From contig CM075995.1 in NCBI GenBank assembly GCA_038087875.1, positions 8,744,001-8,808,000 on the forward strand: a stretch of DNA of 64,000 bases. The letters are read 5' to 3'. Under the pieces are notes generated by a model. That model worked only from the letters and a program-made list of their open reading frames with translations, ran no database searches and was not told the origin of the DNA. The stretch comes from Malacoraja senta (Eukaryota). A program made the position numbers and the translations under genes. This document shows positions 23,884 to 35,013 of this stretch, in pieces (the first letter of the stretch is position 1; every line of letters begins with the position of its first letter).

Positions 23884-25724
23884 TGCAAATAAGGATTTAC
23901 CTGAAAAATAGACACAAAGTGCTGGAGTGACTCAGCGTCTGGAGAACATGGACGCGGGCCGGAGGGACAAGTGTAGATGGGAGGGATAGATCAGGTCGAT
24001 GCACAGAGTCTCTCGCCCAGAGTAGGGGAATCGAGGACCAGAGGACATAGGTTCAAGGTGAAGGGGGAAAGATTTAATAGGAACGTGAGGGGTAACTTTT
24101 TCACACAAAGGGTGCTGGGTGCATGCAACGAGCTGCCAGAGGAGGTAGTTGAGGCTGGGACTATCGCAACGTTTAAGAAACAATTAGACAGGTACATGGA
24201 TAGGACAGGTTTAGAGGGATACGGGCCAAACGCAGGCAGGTGGGACTAGCATAGATGGGGCATGTTGGTCGGCATGGACAAGTTGGGCCGAAGGGCCTGA
24301 TTCCACACTGTATCACTCTTTGACAAGTCCAAATGTGAAAATGTCCTTACGTGTATCAAACCCAAACCATAATTGAGTCTTAAACATCAAGCGTTCCTGA
24401 GGTCTCATTTGGAGCTATTTTTAAAAATGCTTATAATAGTTGAGGCAAAAGTTCCACTTCAAAAACAAAGACTGCTTTATATATATATATATATATATTT
24501 TTTTTTACTTGGTCATGTACTTCCAAGCCGGGGTTTATTGCTAACTCAGTCGGTCTGGCAGCCAAGCAGAATACTTCAAGGGAAGTGAAGGTGGCTTTTA
24601 GCTGACAGGAAGCTGTACAGACCGATTTAAGTCGAGGCAACAACAAAATAAGATGTTTCAAGCAGTTTAGAAGAGTTTAGTTTAGGTCATTGTCACGTGT
24701 ACCGAGGTCGAGCGAAAAGCCTTTTTGCATTCAAAACCAGTCAACGGAAAGACAATACATGATTACAATCGAGCTGTCCACAGTGTACAGATACAGGATA
24801 AAGGGAATAACGTTTAGTGTGAGATCAAGTCCGATTACAGATAATCCGATGGTCTCCAATGATGTAGAAAGTAGCTCAGGGCTGCCCTCTAGTTGGTGAT
24901 AGGATGGTTCAGTTGCCTGATAACAGATGAAAGAAATCTGGAGGTGTGCGCTCGTTTTCACACTTCTGTACCTTTTGCCCGATGGGAGAGGGGAGAAGAT
25001 GGAGTGGCCAGGAGTGAGACTGGTCCTTGATGATGCTGCTGGCCTTGCCGAGGCAGTACGAGGTGTAGATGGAGTCAATGGAAGGGAGGTTGGTTTGTGT
25101 GATGGTCTGGGCTGCGTCCACAATTCGCTGCGATTTCTTGCGGTCTTGGACGGTCCCAAACCGTGCCGTGATGCATCCGGATAAAACACTTTTGACGGCG
25201 TATATCTGTAGAAGTTGAGTATTTAATGGCACTGGGCCTGTACTAGCAGGAGTTTAGAAGGATGAGGGGGGGACCTCATTCAGACTTACTGAATAGTGAA
25301 AGTCCTGGATAGAGTGGATGTGGAGACAATGTTTCCACTAGTGGGAGAGTCTAGGACCAGAGGGCGCAGCCGCCGAATAAAAGGATGTACAGTACCTTCA
25401 TAATGGAGGCAATAGACAATAGGTGCAGGAGTTGGCCATTCGGCCCATCGAGCCAGCACCGCCATTCAATGTGATCATGGCTGATCATCCCCAATCAGAG
25501 ACGAGGAGAAATTTCTTTAGTCAGAGGGTGGTGAATCTGTTGACTTCATTGCCACAGAAGGCTGCGGAGATCAAGTCAAAGGATATTTTTAAGGCAGAGA
25601 TAGATAGATTCTTGATTAGTACGGGTGTCAGGGGTTATAGGGAGAGGGCAGGAGAATGGGGTTGAGAGGGAGAGATAGATCAGCCATGATCGAATGATGG
25701 AGTAGATTTTTTACTTTAGAATCG

Positions 25725-26030
25725 AGACTTTAGAGATACTTCAAGAAACAGGCCTTCCGGCCCACCTAGTCCGTGCCAACCAGTGATCACCCCGCAGGCT
25801 AGCACTATCCTACGAACTAGGGACACTTTACAATTTTACCGAGGTCAATTAACCTACTAATCTGCACATCTTTGGAGTGTGGGAGGAAACTGGAGCACCC
25901 GGAGAAAAAACCCACGCAGGTCCTGGGGAGAAGGTGCAAACTCCACACAGACAGCCCCTGTCGTCAGGATCAAAGCTGGGTTATCTGGCGCTGTGAGGCA
26001 GCAGCTCTACCTGCTGCGCCACCCTGCCGC
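25725..26030 (-). mobile_element. HE1/V-SINE-type SINE
   Basis: Full-length antisense copy of the SINE seen at 51898-52170. Confidence 0.75.
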
Positions 26031-26179
26031 CCAATTGGCATAATTCTACTCCTGTGATTTACGAGCTTGTGAAACCAAAATGCTTTTTTAATTTTAACTG
26101 TGAAAGAAAATCATTACGAAGGAAACGTGGCCAAAATACACTGAAAGCTGAATAAACACAAAGGTTCCATGCGGGAATA

Positions 26180-26850
26180 GACACAAAATACTGGAGTAAC
26201 TCAGCGGGTCAGGCAGCATCTGTGGGGAACATGGATAGGTGACGTTTCACAGAGTGCTGGAGTAACTCAGCGGGTCAGGCAGCATCTGTGGAGAACATGG
26301 ATAGGTGACGTTTCACAGAGTGCTGGAGTAACTCAGCGGGTCAGGCAGCATCTGTGGAGAACATGGATAGGTGACGTTTCACAGAGTGCTGGAGTAACTC
26401 AGCGGGTCAGGCAGCATCTGTGGAGAACATGGATAGGTGACGTTTCACAGAGTGTTGGAGTAACTCAGCGGGTCAGGCAGCATCTGTGGAGAAAAGGCAT
26501 CGGTGACGTTTCGGTTCGAGACCCTTCTTCAGACTGAGAGTCAGGGGGAAAGGGAAACAAGAGATATAGATGGATGGTGATGTAGAGAGAGATATAGAAC
26601 AAATGAATGAAAGATATGCAAAAAGAGCATCGATGATAAAGGAAACAGGCCATTCATTGTTAGCTGTGGGCTCGGTGAAAATGAGTTACAGACAATGAGA
26701 CTCACCAGGACAACATTGAAACTGGTGCAGCGACTAGGGTGGGGGCTGGATGGAGAGAGAGAGAGAGAGGGAATGTGTAAGATGTAATTGAAGTTAGAGA
26801 AATCAATATTCATACCTATGGTTTGTAAGCTGCCCAAGCTAAATATGATG
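26180..26850 (-). mobile_element. Penelope-like 3' end with hammerhead core (26505-26532) and trailing 66-bp array (26183-26495)
   Basis: Minus strand IIFSLGSLQTIGMNIDFSNF (PLE C-terminus), then 3' UTR, then CTGAAGAAGGGTCTCGAACCGAAACGTC, then ~4.5 repeat units. Confidence 0.8.
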
Positions 26851-26873
26851 CTTCCTTGCGGGTCTGGGCTCAG

Positions 26874-26890
26874 CATCGCCATCTGCTGGG
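26874..26890 (-). promoter_or_regulatory. Candidate CTCF site
   Basis: Minus strand CCAGCAGATGGCGA matches the CTCF core CCASYAGRKGGCR and lies in non-repeat sequence. Confidence 0.5.
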
Positions 26891-28246
26891 TTAGGTTCAC
26901 ACACGCGCAGCTTGGTCGACCGCCGAGACTTACTTCTGAAAGCATTCCTCGTCTGAAATATTTGAAAGAGGCACTTTGTTTAGAAACCGCAGGGGAATAA
27001 ATTCACTTAAGAAGGGGAAATTAATAAGGCATTCGTTTAATTTTAAATAACTCAACATACAGGAAACGGTAGAGGAATTTTGACTTTAGACTTTAGAGAT
27101 ACAGCGTAGAAACAGGCCCTTCGGCCCACCGAGTCCGTGCCGACCAGCGATCCCTGCACACTAACATTATCAAACATTAGAGTGGTGAGTCTGTGGAATT
27201 CTCTGCCTCAGAGGGCGGTGGAGGCAGGTTCCCTGGATGCTTTCAAGAGAGAGCTAGATAGGGCTCTTAAAGACAGCGGAGTCAGGGGATATGGGGAGAA
27301 GGCAGGAACGGGGTACTGATTGGGGATGATCAGCCGTGATCACATTGAATGGCGGTGCTGGCTCGAAGGGCCAAATGGCCTACTCCTGCACCTATTGTCT
27401 ATTGTCAAACACGGTATTATGGTAGCCAAATGTATTTGTTTGAACAATTTTCTTTGCGTGTTAGAGATTAGGAATAGATAAGCAATAATAATCGCAGTTT
27501 TCTCGACCCGAAACGCCACCTATTTCCTTCGCTCCGTAGATGCTGCCTCACCTGCTGAGTTTCTCCAGCATTTTTGTCGACCTTCCATTGTAATCATGTA
27601 TTGTCTTTCCGCTGATTGGACAGCAGGCTACAAAAGCTTTTCACTGTACCTCGGTACACGTGACAATAAACTGAACTCAAACAGAGATGAAGTCCAATGT
27701 CCAGACAATATAATCATCATCGGCGGTCACTCGAAACGAGTGTGACTGTCCTCTCATAGAGGACGCCTGTGCGTGACTTTGTTTAACGTGGGGAGACTGG
27801 TGCACAGACAGATCTGGGTCAGGATCCAGTGGCATAGAGTCCAAGATGACCGGGGACCCTTTTGTGCTGCAGCCTTCATCCGCCTTCCCAGCCGTTGTGA
27901 GTAGTGCGTTCGGCCAAATGTACCATGGGAACTACACTCCCCCCCCCTGCAGGACCTATACACCAGGAGGTGCAGATCCAGAGCCAGCAACATTATGGGG
28001 GACCCCTACCACCCCAGCAACGGACTGTTCCAGCTGCTACGGTCAGGCAAACGCCTCCGCTGTCACGCTGCGAAAACAGAGAGGATGAGACGGAGTTTCT
28101 TCCCACAGGCCGTCAGGATTGTAAACTCTGATCTCACCAGGGACTCATTTACTAATTTACTGCTGTCTTTTTTTAAAATGTAAATACTGGTTCTGTTCTG
28201 TTCTGTTCTGTTGTTTTGCACAATCCGCAGGCATTGCCACTTTCAT

Positions 28247-28658
28247 AACATAGAAACATAGACAATAGGTGCAGGAGTAGGCCATTCGGCCCTTCGAGGC
28301 TGCACTGCCATTCAATATGATCATGGCTGATCATCCAACTCAGTATCCTGTACCTGCCTTCTCTCCATACCCCCTGATCCCTTTAGCCACAAGGGCCACA
28401 TCTAACTCCCTCTTAAATATAGCCAATGAACTGGCGTCAACTACCCTCTGTGGCAGAGAGTTCCAGAGATTCACCACTCTCTGTGTGAAAAATGTTTTTC
28501 TCATCTCGGTCCTAAAAGACTTCCCCCTTATCCTTAAACTGTGACCCCTTGTTCTGGACTTCCCCAACATCGGGAACAATCTTCCTGCATCTAGCCTGTC
28601 CAACCCCTTAAGAATTTTGTAAGTTTCTATATGACCCCCCCTCAATCTTCTAAATTCT
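28247..28658 (-). mobile_element. CR1 LINE 3' fragment
   Basis: ORF 28340..28666 EFRRLRGGHIETYKILKGLDRLDAGRLFPMLG. Confidence 0.9.
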
Positions 28659-28689
28659 GGTGACAAATAAAGTTGACTTGCCTTGGCTT

Positions 28690-29045
28690 GACTTGAGAGG
28701 AGGGAGTGGCCGGGGGTGAGACTGGTCCTTGATTATGCTGCGGGCCTTGCCGAGGCAGCGTGAGGTGTAGATGGAGTCAATGGAAGGGAGGTTGGTTTGT
28801 GTGATGGTCTGGGCTGCGTCCACAATTCTCTGCAATTTCTTGCTGGTCTTGGATGGAGCTGTTCCCAAACCGTGCCGTGATGCATCCGGATAAAATGCTT
28901 TCTACGGCGCATCTGTAGAAGTTGGTGAGAGTTGTAGGGGACATGCCAAACTTCCTGAGCCTTCTAAGGACGTGGATGCGTTGGTGTGCTTTCTTGGTCG
29001 TTGCTTCAGTATGGGTGATCCAGGAGAAGTTGTTGGTGATATTGA
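28690..29045 (-). mobile_element. Rex/Babar-type LINE fragment
   Basis: KKAHQRIHVLRRLRKFGMSPTTLTNFYRCAVESILSGCITARFGN. Confidence 0.75.
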
Positions 29046-29049
29046 TATT

Positions 29050-29492
29050 CCGAATAAATTTCAAGATCCTCCTTTGTTTATAAAGCCCTTAACGGGCTTG
29101 CCCCCACCTACATCAAAAGTCTTCTCACCCACCACTCCACCTACAGGTCCCTCAGATCGGCCGACTTGGGGTTACTGAACATCCCGCGGTCCAGGCATAA
29201 GCTCAGGGGCGACCGCGCCTTTGCGGTTGCAGCTCCTAGACTGTGGAACAGCATCCCTCTTCCCATCAGAACTGCCCCCTCCATCGACTCCTTTAAGTCG
29301 AGACATAACATTCAATTTACTCTCAAGCCTTTTTTTGACGTCCTCTGAGGGAGGGCTATATGTATGTATTTATGTATGTACTTAATCTATGAACCACTGT
29401 TGTATAACGTTAGTACCTCCACCAATGTAAAGCACTTTGGTCACCGAGAGTTGTTTTTTAAATGTGCTATAGAAATAAAAGTGACTTGACTT
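29050..29492 (+). mobile_element. L2 LINE 3' fragment, (GACTT)n tail
   Basis: GDRAFAVAAPRLWNSIPLPIRTAPSIDSFKSR; 3' UTR GCACTTTGG..GTGCTATAGAAATAAA. Confidence 0.85.
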
Positions 29493-29835
29493 CACTCCTA
29501 GGAATTTGAGGTTTTCAACCATCTCTGCTTTGGCGCCGTCAATGCAAACTATGTGTACCGACTCACTTCCTGAAGCCGATCACTATCTCCTTTGTCTTGC
29601 TGACACTGAGAGAAAGGTTGTTATCTTGACACCAGGACACAAGGTTTAAAAGGTGATAGCTTTGATAGTTCTATCGAATGGCATCTGCTCCCTAATGCTC
29701 AGTCTGTTCTTCCTGCATTGACTTTGTTGTACTCTAAGGCATAATCTCATCTGATTTCTAGGAAATAGTGATTGCAGCTGGATTAATGCCTTGTCAAAAG
29801 AAAATTTAACATCTCATTTCGAATGGTAGCCAAAT

Positions 29836-30172
29836 TATATATCGCCGGAGTTTGAACCGGCCCGTCGCGGAGCGGAGCACGGATTCAGCCGCGGGACTGA
29901 CTTGCCATCACCCGGCGGGGTCACAGCGTCAGAAGCCTGGATCGCCTCAGCGCAGAGGGAGAACAAAGAGGGAAGAGACAGAGACTTTAAGACTTTTGCC
30001 TCCATCACAGTGAGGAGGTGCCTGGTGAACTCACTGTGGTGGATGTTAATTTGTGTTGATTGTGTGTTTTTGTTATTTATTATTATATGTATGACTGCAG
30101 GCAACGAAGTTTCGTTCAGACCGAAAGGTCTGAATGACAATAAAGGAATCTAAGTCTAAGTCTAAGTCTAAG
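29836..30172 (+). mobile_element. Short GC-rich retroelement with (CTAAGT)n tail; second copy at ~54092-54323
   Basis: Shared 3' part with terminal hairpin TTCAGACC-GAAA-GGTCTGAA and AATAAA. Confidence 0.65.
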
Positions 30173-30184
30173 TATTTATTTTTA

Positions 30185-30992
30185 GTAAGTAAGTAAGTTT
30201 TATTTATATAGCACGTTTAAATCAACTCGCGTTGAAACCAAAGTGCTTTAAATAAAATAAATAATTAAGCTTCCGTACATCCATAGAACAATTTAAAAAA
30301 AGAAAAATGCCACAACACCCATGATAGAATTCAACAAGAACGTCCCCCCCACAACAGAATCAATTTTTTCCAATGTGGGGAAAGGCATCAGAATGTTCAG
30401 TCCTTTTCCTCTGTGATCACCCCAGGTCGGGGCCTATTTGTGGCCTCCGCAGCCAGTCCGATGTTTTCAGGCCCTCTTTGTCGGGAAGATGGAACTCCGG
30501 CGTCGGGTGGACACTCCTCAGCGGCTTGGAAAATGTCTGGAGCGGCCGCTTCCTCCCCGGAGACCGCGGCACCCGGAGTCCACAGGCCGCGCTGGTCGGA
30601 GCTCCGACTCTGGCGATCCCGGATCCCGGGCTCCGCGGTGTTTTAAATCCAGCCCCACCCGCGGCTGGACGCTCCGCAGCCACAGCTCCTCGATGTTGGA
30701 GTCGGCGGTCACAGTACTCCGGAGCTTACCTCGGCGCCGTGCCGCCGCCGAAGCTGCATTCCCAGCCGATCCCGACAGGAGACGCCGCTCCAATCCAATG
30801 GTAGGCCGCGAGGAAGGGGCGAAGAAGCATCACGGAGGGAAGCCGCCTCTCCGACCAGGTAGGGACTAGGAAATAAAGTTTCCCCCTCCCCCTCCCCCCA
30901 CCCACCACATAAAAGAAGACCTCCGACAAACATTTTGTTTTAACAGGACTAAAAATAAAAAAGGGTGAAAGGACGGACGGACTGCAGGAAAG
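30185..30992 (-). mobile_element. GC-rich non-autonomous retroelement with L2-type tail, (TTAC)n end
   Basis: Minus strand ends GCACTTTGG..GTGCTATATAAATAAAAACTTACTTACTTACT. No credible protein in the overlapping ORFs. Confidence 0.55.
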
Positions 30993-31054
30993 AGCAATTT
31001 TACAATTTTCTTTTCGTGTTAGCAATTAGGAATACACCAGCCATAATAATCAAT

Positions 31055-31680
31055 GACACAGCGGTAGAGTTGCTGCCTCACAGCGCCAGAGACCCGGGTT
31101 CTATCATGATTACGGGTGCTGTCTGTACGGAGTTTGTACGGGATGTGGCCCTTGTGGCTAAAGGGATCAGAGGGTATGGAGAGAAGGCAGGTACGGGATA
31201 CTGAGTTGGATGATCAGCCATGATCATATTGAATGGCGGTGCAGGCTCGAAGGGCTGAATGGCCTACTCCTGCACCTAATTTCTATGTTTCTATGTTTCT
31301 ATGTACGTTCTCCCCGTGACCGCGTGGGTTTTCTCCGGGCGCTCCGGTTTCCACCCACACTCCAAAGACATCCAGGTTTGTAGGCTAATTAGCTTGGTAT
31401 AATTGTAAATTGTCCCTACTGTGTGTGTAGGATAATGTTTTTAACAAGGAACTGCAGATGCTGGAAAATCGAAGGTAGACAAAAGTGCTGGAGAAACTCA
31501 GCGGGTGCAGCAGCATCTATGGAGCGAAGGAAATATTTCTTTCCTTCGCTCCATAGATGCTGCTGCACCCGCTGAGTTTCTCCAGCACTTTTGTCTACCA
31601 AGGATAATGTTAGTGTGTGGGGATCGCTGATCGACGCAGACTCGACGGGCCGTGGGGCCTGTTTCCGCGCTGTATCTCTT
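31055..31680 (+). mobile_element. HE1/V-SINE-type SINE carrying a nested CR1 tail and a nested Penelope palindrome
   Basis: CR1 insert flanked by TGTACG; palindrome ~31440-31599 flanked by AGGATAATGTT. Confidence 0.8.
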
Positions 31681-32032
31681 GCCCAAACTAAACTATTCGA
31701 AACCATAATCTCATTTGATTTTTAGGAAATAATGATTGCAGTTGGATTAATCCCTTGTTTGTCAAAAGAAAGCTGAACATCTGGTTTGCACTGATGGTAA
31801 ACAAAGAATATATATGTATTTGTTTTAACAATTTTCTTTTCGTGTTAGAGATTAGGAATAGATAAGCAATATTAATCGCTGTTCATGCTACGAGGATGTT
31901 GCCAGGACTCGAGGGCCTGAGCTACAGGGAGAGGTTGAGCAGGCTGGGACTCTATTCCTCGCTTTGAGAGGATGGTTGTCAGCCTTTACCTCCATATGCT
32001 TCGTTTAGTTAATTATTGTCATGTGTACCTAA

Positions 32033-32566
32033 TGTCCCCTAATTTGAGGAAGGACATTCTTGATATTGAGGGAGTGCAGCGTAGGTTTACAAGGCTAATT
32101 CCCGGGATGGCGGGACTGTCATATGCTGAGAGAATGGAGCAGCTGGGCTTGTACACTCTGGAGTTTAAAAGGATGAGAGGGGATCTCATTGAAACATATA
32201 AGATTGTTAAGGGCTTGGACACACTAGAGGCAGGAAACATGTTCCCGATGTTGGGGGAGTCCAGAACCAGCGGCCACAGTTTAAGAATAAGGAGTAAACC
32301 ATTTAGAACGGAGACGAGGAAACACTTTTTCACACAGAGAGTGGTGAGTCTGTGGAATTCTCTGCCTCAGAGGGTGATGGAGGCAGGTTCTCTGGATGTT
32401 TTCAAGAGAGAGCTAGATAGGGCTCTTAAAGATAGCGGAGTCAGGGGATATGGGGAGGAGGCAGGAACGGGGTACTGATTAGGGATGATCAGCCATGATC
32501 ACATTGAATGGCGGTGCTGGCTCGAAGGGCCGAATGGCCTACTCCTGCACCTATTGTCTATTGTCT
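32033..32566 (+). mobile_element. CR1 LINE 3' fragment
   Basis: ORF 31972..32478 from SPNLRKDIL onward; (ATTGTCT)n tail. Confidence 0.92.
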
Positions 32567-33063
32567 ACCCATGTGCAGTGAAAACCTTTTGTCAAAGAAA
32601 AGACTGTCCATGAACCCAACTGAGCTGTCCACAGTGATCAGATAACGGATAAAGAGTACAACATAGTGAATGGTGAAAGGCCTGGATAGAGTGGACGTGG
32701 ACAGGATGTTTCCATTAGTGGGAGAGTCTAGGACCAGAGGGCACAGTACAAAAGTACATACCTTTAGAAAGGAGATGAGGAGGAATTTCTTTAGGCAAAG
32801 GATGGTGAATCTGTGGAATTCATTGCCTCAGACGGCTGTGGAAACAAAAACAGTGGATTTAGAGACAGGTAGATTGCTGATTAGTGCGGGTGTCGGGGGT
32901 TACGGGGAGAAGGCAGGAGAATGGGGTTGAGAGGGAGAAATAGATCAGCCATGATTGAATGGCGGAGTAGACTTGATGGGCCGAATGGCCTGATTGAGCT
33001 CATAGAACTTATGGACATTATCAACTACTATCACCTCAATGTTTAGTTCAGTTTAGTTAATTA

Positions 33064-33446
33064 CTAGACTAAGTGGGACCCGTTGGGTCCCAGCATCATA
33101 CGGGAGGGCTGGTCCCCCAATGCAATATTCCACCTCTCCACCAATTCCAATATTGCTGGCCAGTGGGGGGGGGGGCTTTCTGTTTCGCTAGTATGGGTGT
33201 TGTGGGCTGAAGGTACTGGTTTCCGGAGGGCCAGTATAGACATTGTGGGCCGAATGGATTCTTGGGCTGACATTAATATCTCTCTGATTTTTCATCGATG
33301 GGAAAAAAGCCTCCGGTCCAGTCCGGCGGAGGGGGCCTCTGAGCGAGGTGGCCAAAAATGACGGCCGTAAGTGGTGGCGGGGTTCTCTCGGAAATCACAT
33401 CGCAGTGAGTCAAAAGCGGTCAAGATCTTACTTTTAGTAATATAGA
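33064..33446 (-). mobile_element. Complete non-autonomous Helitron (383 bp)
   Basis: Minus strand starts TCTATATTACTAAAAG and ends GGGACCC-AAC-GGGTCCC-ACTTAGT-CTAG. Inserted at A|T with no TSD; removal restores GTTTAGTTAATTA|TTGTCATGTGT, a common repeat tail here. Confidence 0.85.
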
Positions 33447-34539
33447 TTGTCATGTGTAGAGACGGACAGTGTAAAGCTTTTGTCCAAGAAAAGACTGCAT
33501 GATTACAATGAAGCCGTCGACATCTAACTTAATTGACGACAGCTCAATGTTCAACACCATCAAGTCAAGAGAGTTTATTGTCATGTGTCCCAGATAGGAC
33601 AATGACATGCTTGCTTTGCTGCAGCACAACAGAATATTGTAGGCATGAATACAGATCAGATCAGTATGTCCATAAACCATAGAATTTACATATACACACA
33701 TAAATACACAGATAAAGTGCAATCCCCTCCAAACTGGTTATACAATGCAGGGAACAGGTTTCATCCCTATTTCTGCTCAAAACTTACAAGATTCTTAAGG
33801 GGTCGGACAGGCTAGATGCAGGAAGATTGTTCCCGATGTTGGGGAAGTCCAGAACAAGGGGTCACACAGTTTAAGGATAAGGGGGAAGTCTTTTAGGACC
33901 GAGATGAGAAAATCATTTTTCACACACAGAGAGTGGTGAATCTGTGGAATTCTCTGCCACAGAAGGTAGTTGAGGCCAGTTCATTGGCTATATTTAAGAG
34001 GGAGATAGATGTGGCCCTTGTGGCTAAAGGGATCAGGGCGTATGGAGAGAAGGTAGGTACAGGATACTGAGTTGGATGATCAGCCATGATCATATTGAAT
34101 GGCGGTGCAGGCTCGAAGGGCCGAATGGCCGACTCCTGCACCTATTTTCTATGTTTCTATCCCTATGCAACTGGATCCTTGACTTCCTCTTCAACAGGCC
34201 ACAACCGGTACGAATTGGCAACAACACTTCCTCCTTGTTAACCATCAGCACGGGAGCACCTCAGCGCTGTGTGGTCAGTCTACTTCCCTCTATACCCGTG
34301 ACTGTGTGGCTAGACAGAGGGTGGTACGGGTGGCGCAGCGGTAGAGTTGCTGCCTCACAGCGCCAGAGACCCTGGTTCCATCTTGTCTTCGGGTGCTGTC
34401 TGTACGGGGTTTGCTCGTTCTCCCCGTGACCTGCGTGGGTTTTCCTCCGAGGTGCTCCGGTTTCCTCCCGCACTCCAAAGACTCCTACAGGTTTATAGGT
34501 TAATTAGCTTTGGTTACAAAAAAAAAAAGTGTACATTTT

Positions 34540-35013
34540 GATCCCTGGGATGGCGGGATTGTCATATGAGGAAAGATTGAAAAGACTAGGCTTGTACTCA
34601 CTGGAGTTTAGAAGGATGAGGGGTGGATCTTATAGAAACATATAAAATTATAAAAGGATTGGACAAGCCAGATGCAGGAAAAATGTTCCCAATGTTGGGC
34701 GAGTCCAGAACCAGGGGCCACAGTCTTAGAATAAAGGGGAGGTCATTTAAGACTGAGGTGAGTAAAAACTTTTTCACCCAGAGAGTTGTGAATTTATGGA
34801 ATTCCCTGCTACAGAGGGCAGTGGAGGCCAAGTCACTGGATGGATTTAAGAGAGAGTTAGATAGAGCTCTAGGAGCTAGTGGAATCAAGGGATATGGGGA
34901 GAAGGCAGGAACAGGGTACTGATTGTGGATGATCAGCCATGATCACAATGAATGGCGGTGCTGGCTCAAAGGGCCGAATGGCCTACTCCTGCACCTATTT
35001 TCTATGTTTCTAT
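34540..35013 (+). mobile_element. CR1 LINE 3' fragment nested in a SINE (34325-35080)
   Basis: DLIETYKIIKGLDKPDAGKMFPMLG..; (ATGTTTCT)n tail. Confidence 0.88.

Noticed and set aside
30373..31025. Cluster of overlapping GC-rich ORFs or a CpG-island promoter
   Set aside because: Lies within a repeat that has an L2-type tail; the ORFs reflect GC content.
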